From contig BJHE01000009.1 in NCBI GenBank assembly GCA_014191755.1, positions 16,854-80,853 on the forward strand: a stretch of 64,000 nt of DNA, given 5' to 3'. Shown here in pieces: positions 52,231-60,825 of this stretch. The DNA is from Cyanobium sp. Lineage in GTDB: Bacteria > Cyanobacteriota > Cyanobacteriia > PCC-6307 > Cyanobiaceae. Numbering within the stretch: the stretch's first letter is position 1; each line of letters begins with the position of its first letter. The position numbers and the translations under genes were made by a program. Under the pieces are notes generated by a model. It was not told where the DNA came from. It worked only from the letters and a program-made list of their open reading frames with translations, and did not search any database.

Positions 52231-53277
52231 TCAGACCCGGCGGGAGTGGCGCAGGGAATCCCCGAACGACAGCACCAACAGCAACAGGCCGATCACGCCG
52301 GTGAGCCACTCGGGCACATGGAGATGGTGTTGACGCAGCAGGATGCCCGCCAGCATCACCAGACCCAGGGCGCCGATGGCGTAATGGGCGCCGTGCTCAA
52401 GAAAGATCAGCTTTTCGAGAGCCTTCTCTCGACACAGCATCAGGGTGAGGGAGCGGATGAACAGGGCGCCGAGACCCAGGCCCGTGAGGATCAGGCCGAG
52501 GTTTGAGGTGATCGCGAAGGCGCCGATCGTGCCATCGAGGCTGAAGGAAGCATCGAGCAGCTCCAGATAAAGCAGGCTGGCCAAACCCCCTCCCGCGGCC
52601 AGGCGGGCTCCGGCCTGCTCCTCATCTCCGAAGGCCTGGGCCAGGGAGGTGCTGAGCAGTTGCAACACCAGGCCGATCAGGCCGGCGATCAGCACATCGG
52701 CCCGCTGGGGGCCCGGAAGCGCCAGGTCCACCGCCAGGAGAATGATCAGGGCCAGGGCGATCTCCAGGGATTCGATCCGGCCGGCGGCACTGAGACGCCG
52801 CTCCAGCGGCTTGAGCCAATGGAGAGTCTTGGCTTCGTCGAAGAAGTAGCGAAGGAACACCATCAGCAGGAACATGCCGCCGAAGGCAAGGATGCGGGGC
52901 TCCGCCAGATCCAGCAGCTCCCGGTAGCGGACAGGGTGATGCAAGGCCGCATCGAGGGCCTGGCGCACGCTCACCCCTCCGGCCAGGGCCACCATCAGCA
53001 GCGGGCCGGCGAAGCGCACGCCGAACACCGGAATCACCAGACCCCAGGTGAGGAAGAACCGCTGCTGACCCGGCGTGAGCTGATCGAGCACGCGGGCGTT
53101 CACCACGGCGTTGTCGAAGGAGAGGGAAATCTCCAGCAGCAACAGCACCAGCGTGATCCAGGCGGCCGTCAGGCCCTGCACACCGAGCACGATCACCAGG
53201 CCGGCGGCACAGCAGGCCATCGGAACGTAGAGGTAGCGCAGATAGCGCATGCGAGGAGCCGAGGCAGCCGGGCTCAT
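52231..53277 (-). CDS. DUF475/TerC-family membrane protein
   Basis: LEISLSFDNAVVNA, YLELLDASFSLDG, FLEHGAHYAI; alternative start at 53250. Confidence 0.88.
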   Translation of the reverse strand: MSPAASAPRMRYLRYLYVPMACCAAGLVIVLGVQGLTAAWITLVLLLLEISLSFDNAVVNARVLDQLTPGQQRFFLTWGLVIPVFGVRFAGPLLMVALAGGVSVRQALDAALHHPVRYRELLDLAEPRILAFGGMFLLMVFLRYFFDEAKTLHWLKPLERRLSAAGRIESLEIALALIILLAVDLALPGPQRADVLIAGLIGLVLQLLSTSLAQAFGDEEQAGARLAAGGGLASLLYLELLDASFSLDGTIGAFAITSNLGLILTGLGLGALFIRSLTLMLCREKALEKLIFLEHGAHYAIGALGLVMLAGILLRQHHLHVPEWLTGVIGLLLLVLSFGDSLRHSRRV

Positions 53278-53355
53278 GATGGCCGATCGCCCCGGCAGCC
53301 CCCTGGACCGATCTGGCCGGAGAACCGAGGCTGCGCTTTCGGAAACGGCGGCGGC

Positions 53356-54090
53356 TCAATCGGCTGAGTCGTGCTCAGAACGGGACTTCAGAAGCCCCGA
53401 ATTAATCGAGGCAACGGATGCAGGCCGGGGCAGGGGCGGAATCGAAGGATCGGCAGGGGTGAAGCGCTCCAGAAGACTGAATAACCGCGGCAGCAGCAGC
53501 AGCGTCGCCACCACCGCCAGGGCTCCGAGGCCGAACTGCACCACCCCCTCCACCATGCGATCGAGGGGAATCCAGCGACCGCCAAGCCAGGCCAGGCTCA
53601 CCATGGTGGAGGACCACAACAAGGCACCGACAAGATTGCAGAGAAAGAAGCGGCCGTAGGGCATGCCCACCGCACCGGCCATCGGACCCGCGATCACCCG
53701 CAGCACCGCCACGAAACGGCCCAATAGCACCGACTTGCCGGCATGGCGCAGAAAGCGCTCGCGCAGCTTGTCGAGATCGGCGGGACTCTGACCCAGCCAG
53801 CCGCCCACCCTCAGAATCAGCCCCCAGCCAGCCCGGCGGCCCACCCAGTAGCCGATGTTGTCTCCGAGCACGGCCCCGCTGGCGGCGGCGGCCATCACTC
53901 CGAGCGGATGGAGCTGGCCACTGCCGGCCACAAAGCCGCCGAGCAGGGTCACGGTTTCACCCGGCAGAGGCAGACCGGCGTTCTCCAGGAGCATCGCGCC
54001 GAAGATCACGCCGTAGCCCCAGCGCACCAGCCAGTCGCGGAGGGTTTCAAGACCTGGGGAAAGCTCAAGCAGGCCCGGTGGCAACAACAT
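53356..54090 (-). CDS. dedA: DedA-family membrane protein (2)
   Basis: LENAGLPLPGE, GDNIGYWVGR, GRFVAVLR. Confidence 0.9.
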   Translation of the reverse strand: MLLPPGLLELSPGLETLRDWLVRWGYGVIFGAMLLENAGLPLPGETVTLLGGFVAGSGQLHPLGVMAAAASGAVLGDNIGYWVGRRAGWGLILRVGGWLGQSPADLDKLRERFLRHAGKSVLLGRFVAVLRVIAGPMAGAVGMPYGRFFLCNLVGALLWSSTMVSLAWLGGRWIPLDRMVEGVVQFGLGALAVVATLLLLPRLFSLLERFTPADPSIPPLPRPASVASINSGLLKSRSEHDSAD

Positions 54091-54200
54091 CGCGTGAGAA
54101 CGGTCCAGCAGCCAGAAACAACCCTATGGCCCGCACCGCCAGGCCGGAGGTGGGGATCGCCGCTCCCTGCCGGTGCCAGGCGACACAGCCAGGACAGAGA

Positions 54201-55199
54201 TCAGAGATGGCCGGTCCAGAGCCAGCGGCGGAAATGGAGCTGGTTGCGCAGGGGGCCGGGCCAGGTGAAACGAGGAATCGCAAGGCTGGGGGTGTCGAGG
54301 GTGATCGGTTGGGCATCCACCGTGGCCACTTGCACATAGTGGCGGGAGCAGAGTTCGGCGTCGCCGCTCTGGTAGCTGTTGAAGGGGTAGGAGAAGGCCC
54401 GCGGGGCTTTGCCCATCACCCGTTCAATCTCCTGGCGGGAGCGGATCAGCTCGGCCTCAAAGGCTTCGTGATCGAGGCACTGGCGGGGGTAGTGGTGATG
54501 GCCGTGGCTGCCGATCTCATGGCCTGCGCGGCGGGTGGCCTGGAGGTCGACCGCGCTGGGATATAGCTCCCGGGCCAGGCGAGCCAGTTCCTCGCCAGCC
54601 CCAGCGCGGGCCGTGGCCTCGGCCAGCAGCTCCTCCACCGCGGCCATCGGTTCGGCCTGGCGCAGGTGGGCCACCAGGGCATCGCCGACCAGCCCCCGAC
54701 TGGCCGGAAGCCGCTCATGGGCGAGGGTCTCGAGGGCCTGGGCCAAATCGGGATCATGGGCATGCCAATAGAGGCTGTGTTCCCAGATCAGCGAGGGAGC
54801 ATCGATCAGAGCGGTGGACTGAAAAAGCACACCACAGATATCGAGGCACTCGAGCACATCGATTGCACTGGTATACATATCGCGCAGGCAATCATCGAAG
54901 CTGACAATCACACCAAATTGATTGAAACGCGGAAAAGAGCCGTGCCGCAGATCCGAGAAGGTGAGGAAGTGGGCCCCCTGCTTCTTCAGAAAACTGAGTT
55001 CATTGAGCAGGGTTTTCGGTGGGATCGGCGGTACGCCGAAACGGTCGAGAAAGGGGACCCGACCAGGATGGTCAACGCGGTGATAAAGCAGACAGAGCAC
55101 CTTGCCGTTCAGCCGCCGGCGCCAGTAGGGATCGAACGGGGGCAGAAAGAGCAGGTCCTTGGCGCGATTCGCCACCCGGCGCAGTGGAGCTGCCATCAA
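54201..55199 (-). CDS. NodB-type polysaccharide deacetylase
   Basis: LLYHRV, VSFDDC, EIGSHGHHH, FSYPF; its ATG overlaps the upstream formyltransferase stop. Confidence 0.85.
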   Translation of the reverse strand: MMAAPLRRVANRAKDLLFLPPFDPYWRRRLNGKVLCLLYHRVDHPGRVPFLDRFGVPPIPPKTLLNELSFLKKQGAHFLTFSDLRHGSFPRFNQFGVIVSFDDCLRDMYTSAIDVLECLDICGVLFQSTALIDAPSLIWEHSLYWHAHDPDLAQALETLAHERLPASRGLVGDALVAHLRQAEPMAAVEELLAEATARAGAGEELARLARELYPSAVDLQATRRAGHEIGSHGHHHYPRQCLDHEAFEAELIRSRQEIERVMGKAPRAFSYPFNSYQSGDAELCSRHYVQVATVDAQPITLDTPSLAIPRFTWPGPLRNQLHFRRWLWTGHL

Positions 55200-56137
55200 C
55201 CCTGTCCCCCAGTGGCGCCCACCAGCCGCACCGCGGCATCACGTGCCTCACGATCGGCGAGGTACTCGGCCAGCAGCCCCCCTTCCAGCCTGCGGTTCGC
55301 CTCCAGCCGCTGCCAAGGTTCGTAGCGGTAGCCGGTGCGCTGCAGGAAGAGTTTGCCCTTCTCCCACTGGGGTACCCGCGCCGCCCTCCCCGCCACCAGC
55401 TCCCGGGCCCCCGCGAGCAGCAATTCGATGCCCACGTGGAAGCTGCGCACGTCGATGGTCTCGAAGTTATCGCCGGGCTCCAGCGGCACTTGGGCGGAGC
55501 GAATGATGTCGCCGCTGTCGATGCCGGGATCGATGTGGTGAACCGTGACCCCCACCAGTTCCGGGTGACCTTCAAGGATCATGTAGAGGTTGCAGTTGGC
55601 GCCGCGGGAATAGGGGGATAGGCCGGTGTGGAGGTTCACAATCCCGTGGCGCAGGAGCGGCTTCAGGGCCAGCACCGGTTCCCGCAGGAGCTGGGTGCCA
55701 TTCACCAGCACGAGGTCGGGAGCGAGGCGCTCCAGAAAGGCCACCGTCTCCGGTCCATTGATGGCATCGGTATGAAGCAGCGGCACGCTGGGCGGAATGG
55801 AGGGTTCCTTCCCCTGGGGGCGGAACAGGCGATCCTGCAAGGCGCGGCCCTGCTGTTCAAAAGGCGGCAGGGCCCGCCGCGCCTGGATCTGCCGCAGCAA
55901 GACACTCGGATCGCGGTAGCGCTTCAGCCGGGCCAGGCGGCCCTGTCGGGCAGAGGCGGGCGGATGCTGCAGCACCACCCCCACCAGTTCGAACATCTGA
56001 CTAGCCCGCTGCACCAGCCAGCGCTGGTAGAGGCCGTCGCAGCAGAGCACCACAACCCGGGTGGATGGGGTGCCACCCCCAGAGGGCGCGCTCTCCGGGG
56101 ATCCGGCATCTGACCCTGGAGCGTGAAGGGAACCCAT
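55196..56137 (-). CDS. N10-formyl-THF-dependent formyltransferase (non-Fmt, non-PurN type)
   Basis: VNLHTGLSPYSRG and GVTVHHIDPGIDSGDII catalytic motifs. Confidence 0.85.
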   Translation of the reverse strand: MGSLHAPGSDAGSPESAPSGGGTPSTRVVVLCCDGLYQRWLVQRASQMFELVGVVLQHPPASARQGRLARLKRYRDPSVLLRQIQARRALPPFEQQGRALQDRLFRPQGKEPSIPPSVPLLHTDAINGPETVAFLERLAPDLVLVNGTQLLREPVLALKPLLRHGIVNLHTGLSPYSRGANCNLYMILEGHPELVGVTVHHIDPGIDSGDIIRSAQVPLEPGDNFETIDVRSFHVGIELLLAGARELVAGRAARVPQWEKGKLFLQRTGYRYEPWQRLEANRRLEGGLLAEYLADREARDAAVRLVGATGGQG

Positions 56138-56198
56138 CCTGAAACGAAGCTGGCAGGATTATCACCGGATCGGGCTGCCGGACAGCCGCAACCTCGCC

Positions 56199-56678
56199 AT
56201 GGCCGTGCGTGATGTCCTGCTCAGCGGCGATCCACGGCTGCGCCAGCCGAGCCGGGCGGTGCCCCCGAGTCAGTTCGGCGGCGAGGTCCTGTTTGCGCTT
56301 GTGCAGGACCTGCGCGACACCATGGCCGCCTGCGATGGCGCCGGTCTGGCCGCGCCCCAGATCGGGGTTCCCCTGCGAGTGGTGGTCTTCGGCATCAGCC
56401 GCAATCCGCGCTACCCCCAGGCAGCCCCGATTGCGGAAACGGTGCTGGTGAATCCGGAGGTCACCCCCCTGGATCCGGAGCTGGAAGCAGGCGAGGAGGG
56501 CTGCTTGAGCGTGCCGGGGCTTCGGGCTGCGGTGCCCCGCTGGCGGCGGGTGCGCTACGCCGCCTTCACCCCCAGCGGTGAACCAGTGGTGCGGGAGGTG
56601 GAAGGGTTCCATGCCCGCGTGGTGCAGCACGAATGCGACCACCTGGCGGGCATTCTGTTCACCGATCGGCTGGGCTGA
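56199..56678 (+). CDS. def: Peptide deformylase
   Basis: GLAAPQIG, EGCLSVPG, QHECDHL. Confidence 0.93.
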   Translation: MAVRDVLLSGDPRLRQPSRAVPPSQFGGEVLFALVQDLRDTMAACDGAGLAAPQIGVPLRVVVFGISRNPRYPQAAPIAETVLVNPEVTPLDPELEAGEEGCLSVPGLRAAVPRWRRVRYAAFTPSGEPVVREVEGFHARVVQHECDHLAGILFTDRLG

Positions 56679-56715
56679 GCCTGCTGCGGCAACCGTTTCA
56701 TCCCTTCAGCGCTTC

Positions 56716-56741
56716 GATTCAGCCCTTTGATTCAGCCCTTT
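56716..56741. repeat. 13-bp tandem duplication
   Basis: gattcagcccttt x2, followed by degenerate gatccctt. Confidence 0.85.
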
Positions 56742-56940
56742 GATCCCTTGGGGAGCTCAGCGCAGGGAACCACGGCGGCGGAGCTCCAAAACTGGCACGG
56801 CAGGTTTGTCGCTGCAAGGATCAGCGACCCAGCAAGGCTTTTGAACGGCGAGGCAGAGGCGCGCAGTTCAAAAAACAGGCAATCATCCGGCTTCACTATC
56901 ATTTTGGCCACAAAGATTTTGCCGGCTGCAACAGGATCAA

Positions 56941-56958
56941 ATAACCGGATATGGTTAT
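56941..56958 (+). promoter_or_regulatory. Candidate operator palindrome overlapping a -10-like hexamer
   Basis: ATAACC-N6-GGTTAT; TATAAA at 56955-56960; about 35 bp upstream of the probable GTG start of the permease. Confidence 0.5.
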
Positions 56959-56992
56959 AAAGTGCTCACCAAACAGCCTTCGCGTTGTCTCT

Positions 56993-58597
56993 GTGACCGC
57001 TGCCTCCGCTCCATCGCCTCCGCGTGCCACACCCAGCTGGTGGGTGCGCGGCGACCTCGATGGCTTCCTGGGATTGGCGCTGGACAACCTGATCCAGATC
57101 CTGCTGATCGTGTCGCTGTGCCGGGGGGTGCTGGGCTACCCCGATGACCTGATCTTCGGGGCGATCCTGCCGGCCACCGGCATCAGCCTGGTGGTGGGCA
57201 ACGTGGCCTATGCCGTTCAGGCCCACCGGCTCGGCCGGGCCGAGGGCCGGGCTGATCGCACCGCCCTGCCCTACGGCATCAACACGGTGAGCCTGTTCGC
57301 CTACGTGTTCCTGGTGATGCTGCCGGTGAAGCTGGGGGCCCTGGGCCAGGGGGCCGATGCGGCCACGGCGGTGCGGCTCTCCTGGCAGGCCGGCCTGATT
57401 GCCTGTCTGGGGTCCGGGCTGATTGAGGCCGGTGGCGCCTTCGTGGTGGGCGGGCTCCGGCGCTGGCTGCCCCGGGCCGCCCTGCTGGCCACCCTGGCGG
57501 GCATCGCCCTGGGCTATATCGGCCTGGGGTTCCTACTGCGCACCTATGCCGAGCCGGTGGTGGGCCTGGCGGTACTGGCAGTGATCCTGGTGGCCTACTT
57601 CGGCTCCGTGAGGCTGCCCCTGCCGGGAGGGCTGCTGGCGGTGCTGGTGGGGGTCGCCCTGGCCTGGAGCACCGGCCTGATCAAGATCGACCCCGCCACC
57701 TGGCAGAGCAATGTGAGCCAGGTGGGACTGCACCTACCCGTGCCCCAGCTTGGTGAACTCTGGGCGGGTCGCCAGCAGCTGCTTCCCTGGCTGGGGGTCA
57801 CGATCCCGATGGGACTGTTCAACCTGCTCGGCTCGCTCCAGAATCTGGAGAGCGCCGAATCGGCCGGCGATGCCTATCCGGTGAGGAGTTCACTGCTGAT
57901 CAACGGCCTCGGCACGATCACCGCAGCCGTGCTCGGCTCTTGCTTCCCCACCACGATCTATATCGGCCATCCGGGCTGGAAGGGGATGGGGGCCCGGATC
58001 GGCTACTCCTGGCTCAACGGGGTGGTGATGGGTCTGGGCTGCCTGCTGGGGTTGTTCGGGGTGCTGGGCCAGCTGATCCCGATCGAGGCCGGCATGGCGA
58101 TCGTGCTCTACATCGCCCTGGTGATCGCCGCCCAGGCGTTCCAGGCCACCCCATCGGCCCATGCCCCCGCCGTGGCCCTGGGCCTGTTGCCGGGCCTGGC
58201 GGGCTGGGGATCGCTGCTGCTGAAGGCGGGCCTACGGGCCGGGGGCGCCGGCACCCCGGCCCAACCCTTCAGCGCGGCCTTGCTGCCCCCCCTGGAGCAG
58301 GCCGATGTGTGGGCCTCCGGTGCCTTTGCCCTGGAGCAGGGGCAGATCGTGGCGTCCATGCTTTTGGCCTCCATGCTCGTGTTCGTGATCGAGCAGCGCT
58401 TCCGGGCCGCCGCCGCCTGCGCCCTGATCGCGGCGGCGGGCTCCTGGGTGGGCCTGCTCCATGCCTGGCGCTTCACGGCGGCCGACACCGTGCTCGATCC
58501 GGGCTGGGGCCACGGGGCCTCCTGGGCCCTGGGCTATGGGGCCATGGCGCTGGTGTTCCTGCTCGGCTGGTGGGGTGCTCGGCGGCCCCGGTCCTGA
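56993..58597 (+). CDS. AzgA/NCS2-like nucleobase permease
   Basis: GDLDGFLGLALDNLIQ, LPYGINT, FPTTIYIGHPGWK; start taken at GTG 56993. Confidence 0.75.
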   Translation: MTAASAPSPPRATPSWWVRGDLDGFLGLALDNLIQILLIVSLCRGVLGYPDDLIFGAILPATGISLVVGNVAYAVQAHRLGRAEGRADRTALPYGINTVSLFAYVFLVMLPVKLGALGQGADAATAVRLSWQAGLIACLGSGLIEAGGAFVVGGLRRWLPRAALLATLAGIALGYIGLGFLLRTYAEPVVGLAVLAVILVAYFGSVRLPLPGGLLAVLVGVALAWSTGLIKIDPATWQSNVSQVGLHLPVPQLGELWAGRQQLLPWLGVTIPMGLFNLLGSLQNLESAESAGDAYPVRSSLLINGLGTITAAVLGSCFPTTIYIGHPGWKGMGARIGYSWLNGVVMGLGCLLGLFGVLGQLIPIEAGMAIVLYIALVIAAQAFQATPSAHAPAVALGLLPGLAGWGSLLLKAGLRAGGAGTPAQPFSAALLPPLEQADVWASGAFALEQGQIVASMLLASMLVFVIEQRFRAAAACALIAAAGSWVGLLHAWRFTAADTVLDPGWGHGASWALGYGAMALVFLLGWWGARRPRS

Positions 58598-58635
58598 TCA
58601 GCGGCTAGAACGCGCAAGGACCGCTCCTGTCAGCC

Positions 58636-59556
58636 ATGCTCCCCGGTCTCCCCCCTTCCATGCCTCCAGCCGTCGCCACCAAAGCTCCGCGCAGCCGCAA
58701 CCAGCGCCGCTTGAAGCCGGTGGTGGTGCCGGGCCTTCTGGCGATCCTCAGCCTGGCTCCGGGAGCAGCCGGGGCGGCCCCCGGAGCTCCAACGGCCGCC
58801 CGGCCTGCCCGGCGGGCCACCACGCTGCTGGCGAAACCAGCCACTCCGGTGCAGTGCGCCGCGCCTCGAGCCGGCCGCTACGTGGTGATGGGGGATGGCG
58901 TGGCTCAGAAGGACCCGGTGGCGCGGATCCTGCAGGAAACCTGGAACCCCGATGGGACCATCAGCGGCATCCGACTGGAACGCCGCGGCCGCATCTACCG
59001 GGAGGTGGCCTACACCGGCCGCTACCGCTCCCTCTCCCTCTGCCGCGCCGGCATCGAGCGCACCTACGACAGCCGCATCAGCACCAGCCAGGCCGTGCTG
59101 GATGCGTCCGGCAGCCCCCGATATTCGCTGGGAACCCTGCCCGATGTGGTGGTGGTGTCGCGCTGGTTTGCGCAGGGAAGCGAAGCCTGCCGCGCCTCCC
59201 TGCTGGATGGCACCGTGCTGAGCATGCAGCAGGGCCGCAACTGGAAAGACGGCCTGTGGCGGCCCAATGCCGTGATCCAGAACGAGCGCTGGCGCGCTGG
59301 CAGCGTGCTGGGCATCGCTATCTCAAGCTACGGCCCCCGCATCGAGGAGGCCACCTACAGCGGCACGATCGCGGTGGGCGCCGACTGCCTGGCCACGGTG
59401 AAGCAGACCGATTCGCTCGGGGTGGCTTACAACTACCGCGCCGTGGTGCTGGCGGATGGCTCCGGATATCTCTACATCCAGACCGATCCGGACGACCTCA
59501 CGGTGGGGTTTTTGGAGCATGAGCGAGTCAGAGCCGGCGCCGCTGCTCAGCGCTAA
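58636..59556 (+). CDS. Exported hypothetical protein with two internal repeats
   Basis: Signal-like GLLAILSLAPGAAGA; two similar ~110-aa units with two Cys each. Confidence 0.7.
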   Translation: MLPGLPPSMPPAVATKAPRSRNQRRLKPVVVPGLLAILSLAPGAAGAAPGAPTAARPARRATTLLAKPATPVQCAAPRAGRYVVMGDGVAQKDPVARILQETWNPDGTISGIRLERRGRIYREVAYTGRYRSLSLCRAGIERTYDSRISTSQAVLDASGSPRYSLGTLPDVVVVSRWFAQGSEACRASLLDGTVLSMQQGRNWKDGLWRPNAVIQNERWRAGSVLGIAISSYGPRIEEATYSGTIAVGADCLATVKQTDSLGVAYNYRAVVLADGSGYLYIQTDPDDLTVGFLEHERVRAGAAAQR

Positions 59557-59636
59557 AGCCCCTCAACAGGAACGGCCCGCAAGCGGATCAGCCCCGCCTG
59601 CGCCGCCTGCCCCTAACCGCCCCTCCTCCCCTGCCG

Positions 59637-60776
59637 ATGGCCGTCGCCCCTTTCCCCGCTGAGCCAGCCCGCACCAACGGCGCGTTACCGGACGCCAACG
59701 CTGGTGCTGAGCCGGCGCGGACCATCAGCCTGCGGCGCCCCGACGACTGGCACGTGCACCTGCGCGATGGCCCCCTGCTGCAGGCGGTGGCGCCAGCCAC
59801 GGCGCGCTGCTTCGCGCGGGCGATCGTGATGCCCAACCTTTCGCCGCCGATCACCACCGTGGCAGCAGCGGTGGCCTACCGGGAGCGCATCCGCGCCGCC
59901 GTGCCCGATGGGCTGGGCTTCACGCCGCTGATGACGGCCTATCTCACCGACACGATCGCGCCTGCCGAGCTGGAGCGGGGCCAGGCCGAAGGGGTGTTCA
60001 GCGCCTGCAAGCTCTACCCCGCCAACGCCACCACCAACTCGGCGGCCGGCGTGAGCGACCTGGCGAGGCTCAGCGCCGTGTTCGAAACCCTGGAGCGGAT
60101 CGGTCTGCCCCTGCTGATCCACGGCGAGGTCACCGACTCGGAGATCGACATCTTCGATCGCGAGGCGGTGTTCATCGAGCGGCACCTGGAGCCCTTGCTG
60201 CGCCGCCATCCGGGGCTGAAGGTGGTGCTGGAGCACATCACCACCGCCGAGGCCGCCGACTTCGTGCGCAGCGCTGGAGCCAACCTGGCGGCCACGATCA
60301 CGCCCCACCACCTACACATCAACCGCAACGCCATGTTCCGCGGCGGCCTGCGGCCCGATTTCTACTGCCTGCCGGTGGCCAAGCGGGAACGCCACCGCCT
60401 TGCCCTGGTGGCCGCCGCCACCTCGGGGAATCCGAAGTTCTTCCTGGGCACCGATTCGGCCCCCCACCCACGCCAGGCCAAGGAGGCGGCCTGCGGCTGC
60501 GCCGGCATCTACAACGCCCCCTTCGCGATCGAGAGCTACGCGATGGTGTTCAAGGCCGAGGGCCAGCTCGGACGGCTGGAGGCGTTCGCCAGCGAGCACG
60601 GTCCGCGTTTCTATGGCCTGCCCCTGAATGGAGATTCGATCACCCTGGTGCGGGAGGCGCACACCGTGCCGCCACGGATCCACGCCAACGATGCCGCCGG
60701 GGTAGCCACCACCCTGGTGCCCTTCCACGCTGGGGCCGTGCTGCCCTGGCGGCTTGCCGATCCGTTGGCGCCTTGA
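59637..60776 (+). CDS. pyrC: Dihydroorotase (type II)
   Basis: DDWHVHLRDG, VMPNL, KLYPA, HGE, EHITT, FLGTDSAPH. Confidence 0.96.
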   Translation: MAVAPFPAEPARTNGALPDANAGAEPARTISLRRPDDWHVHLRDGPLLQAVAPATARCFARAIVMPNLSPPITTVAAAVAYRERIRAAVPDGLGFTPLMTAYLTDTIAPAELERGQAEGVFSACKLYPANATTNSAAGVSDLARLSAVFETLERIGLPLLIHGEVTDSEIDIFDREAVFIERHLEPLLRRHPGLKVVLEHITTAEAADFVRSAGANLAATITPHHLHINRNAMFRGGLRPDFYCLPVAKRERHRLALVAAATSGNPKFFLGTDSAPHPRQAKEAACGCAGIYNAPFAIESYAMVFKAEGQLGRLEAFASEHGPRFYGLPLNGDSITLVREAHTVPPRIHANDAAGVATTLVPFHAGAVLPWRLADPLAP

Positions 60777-60825
60777 TCGGGGAGGGGAGGCCCCAGGGGA
60801 AACTGGGGGGCGCTGAGCTTTCGCC

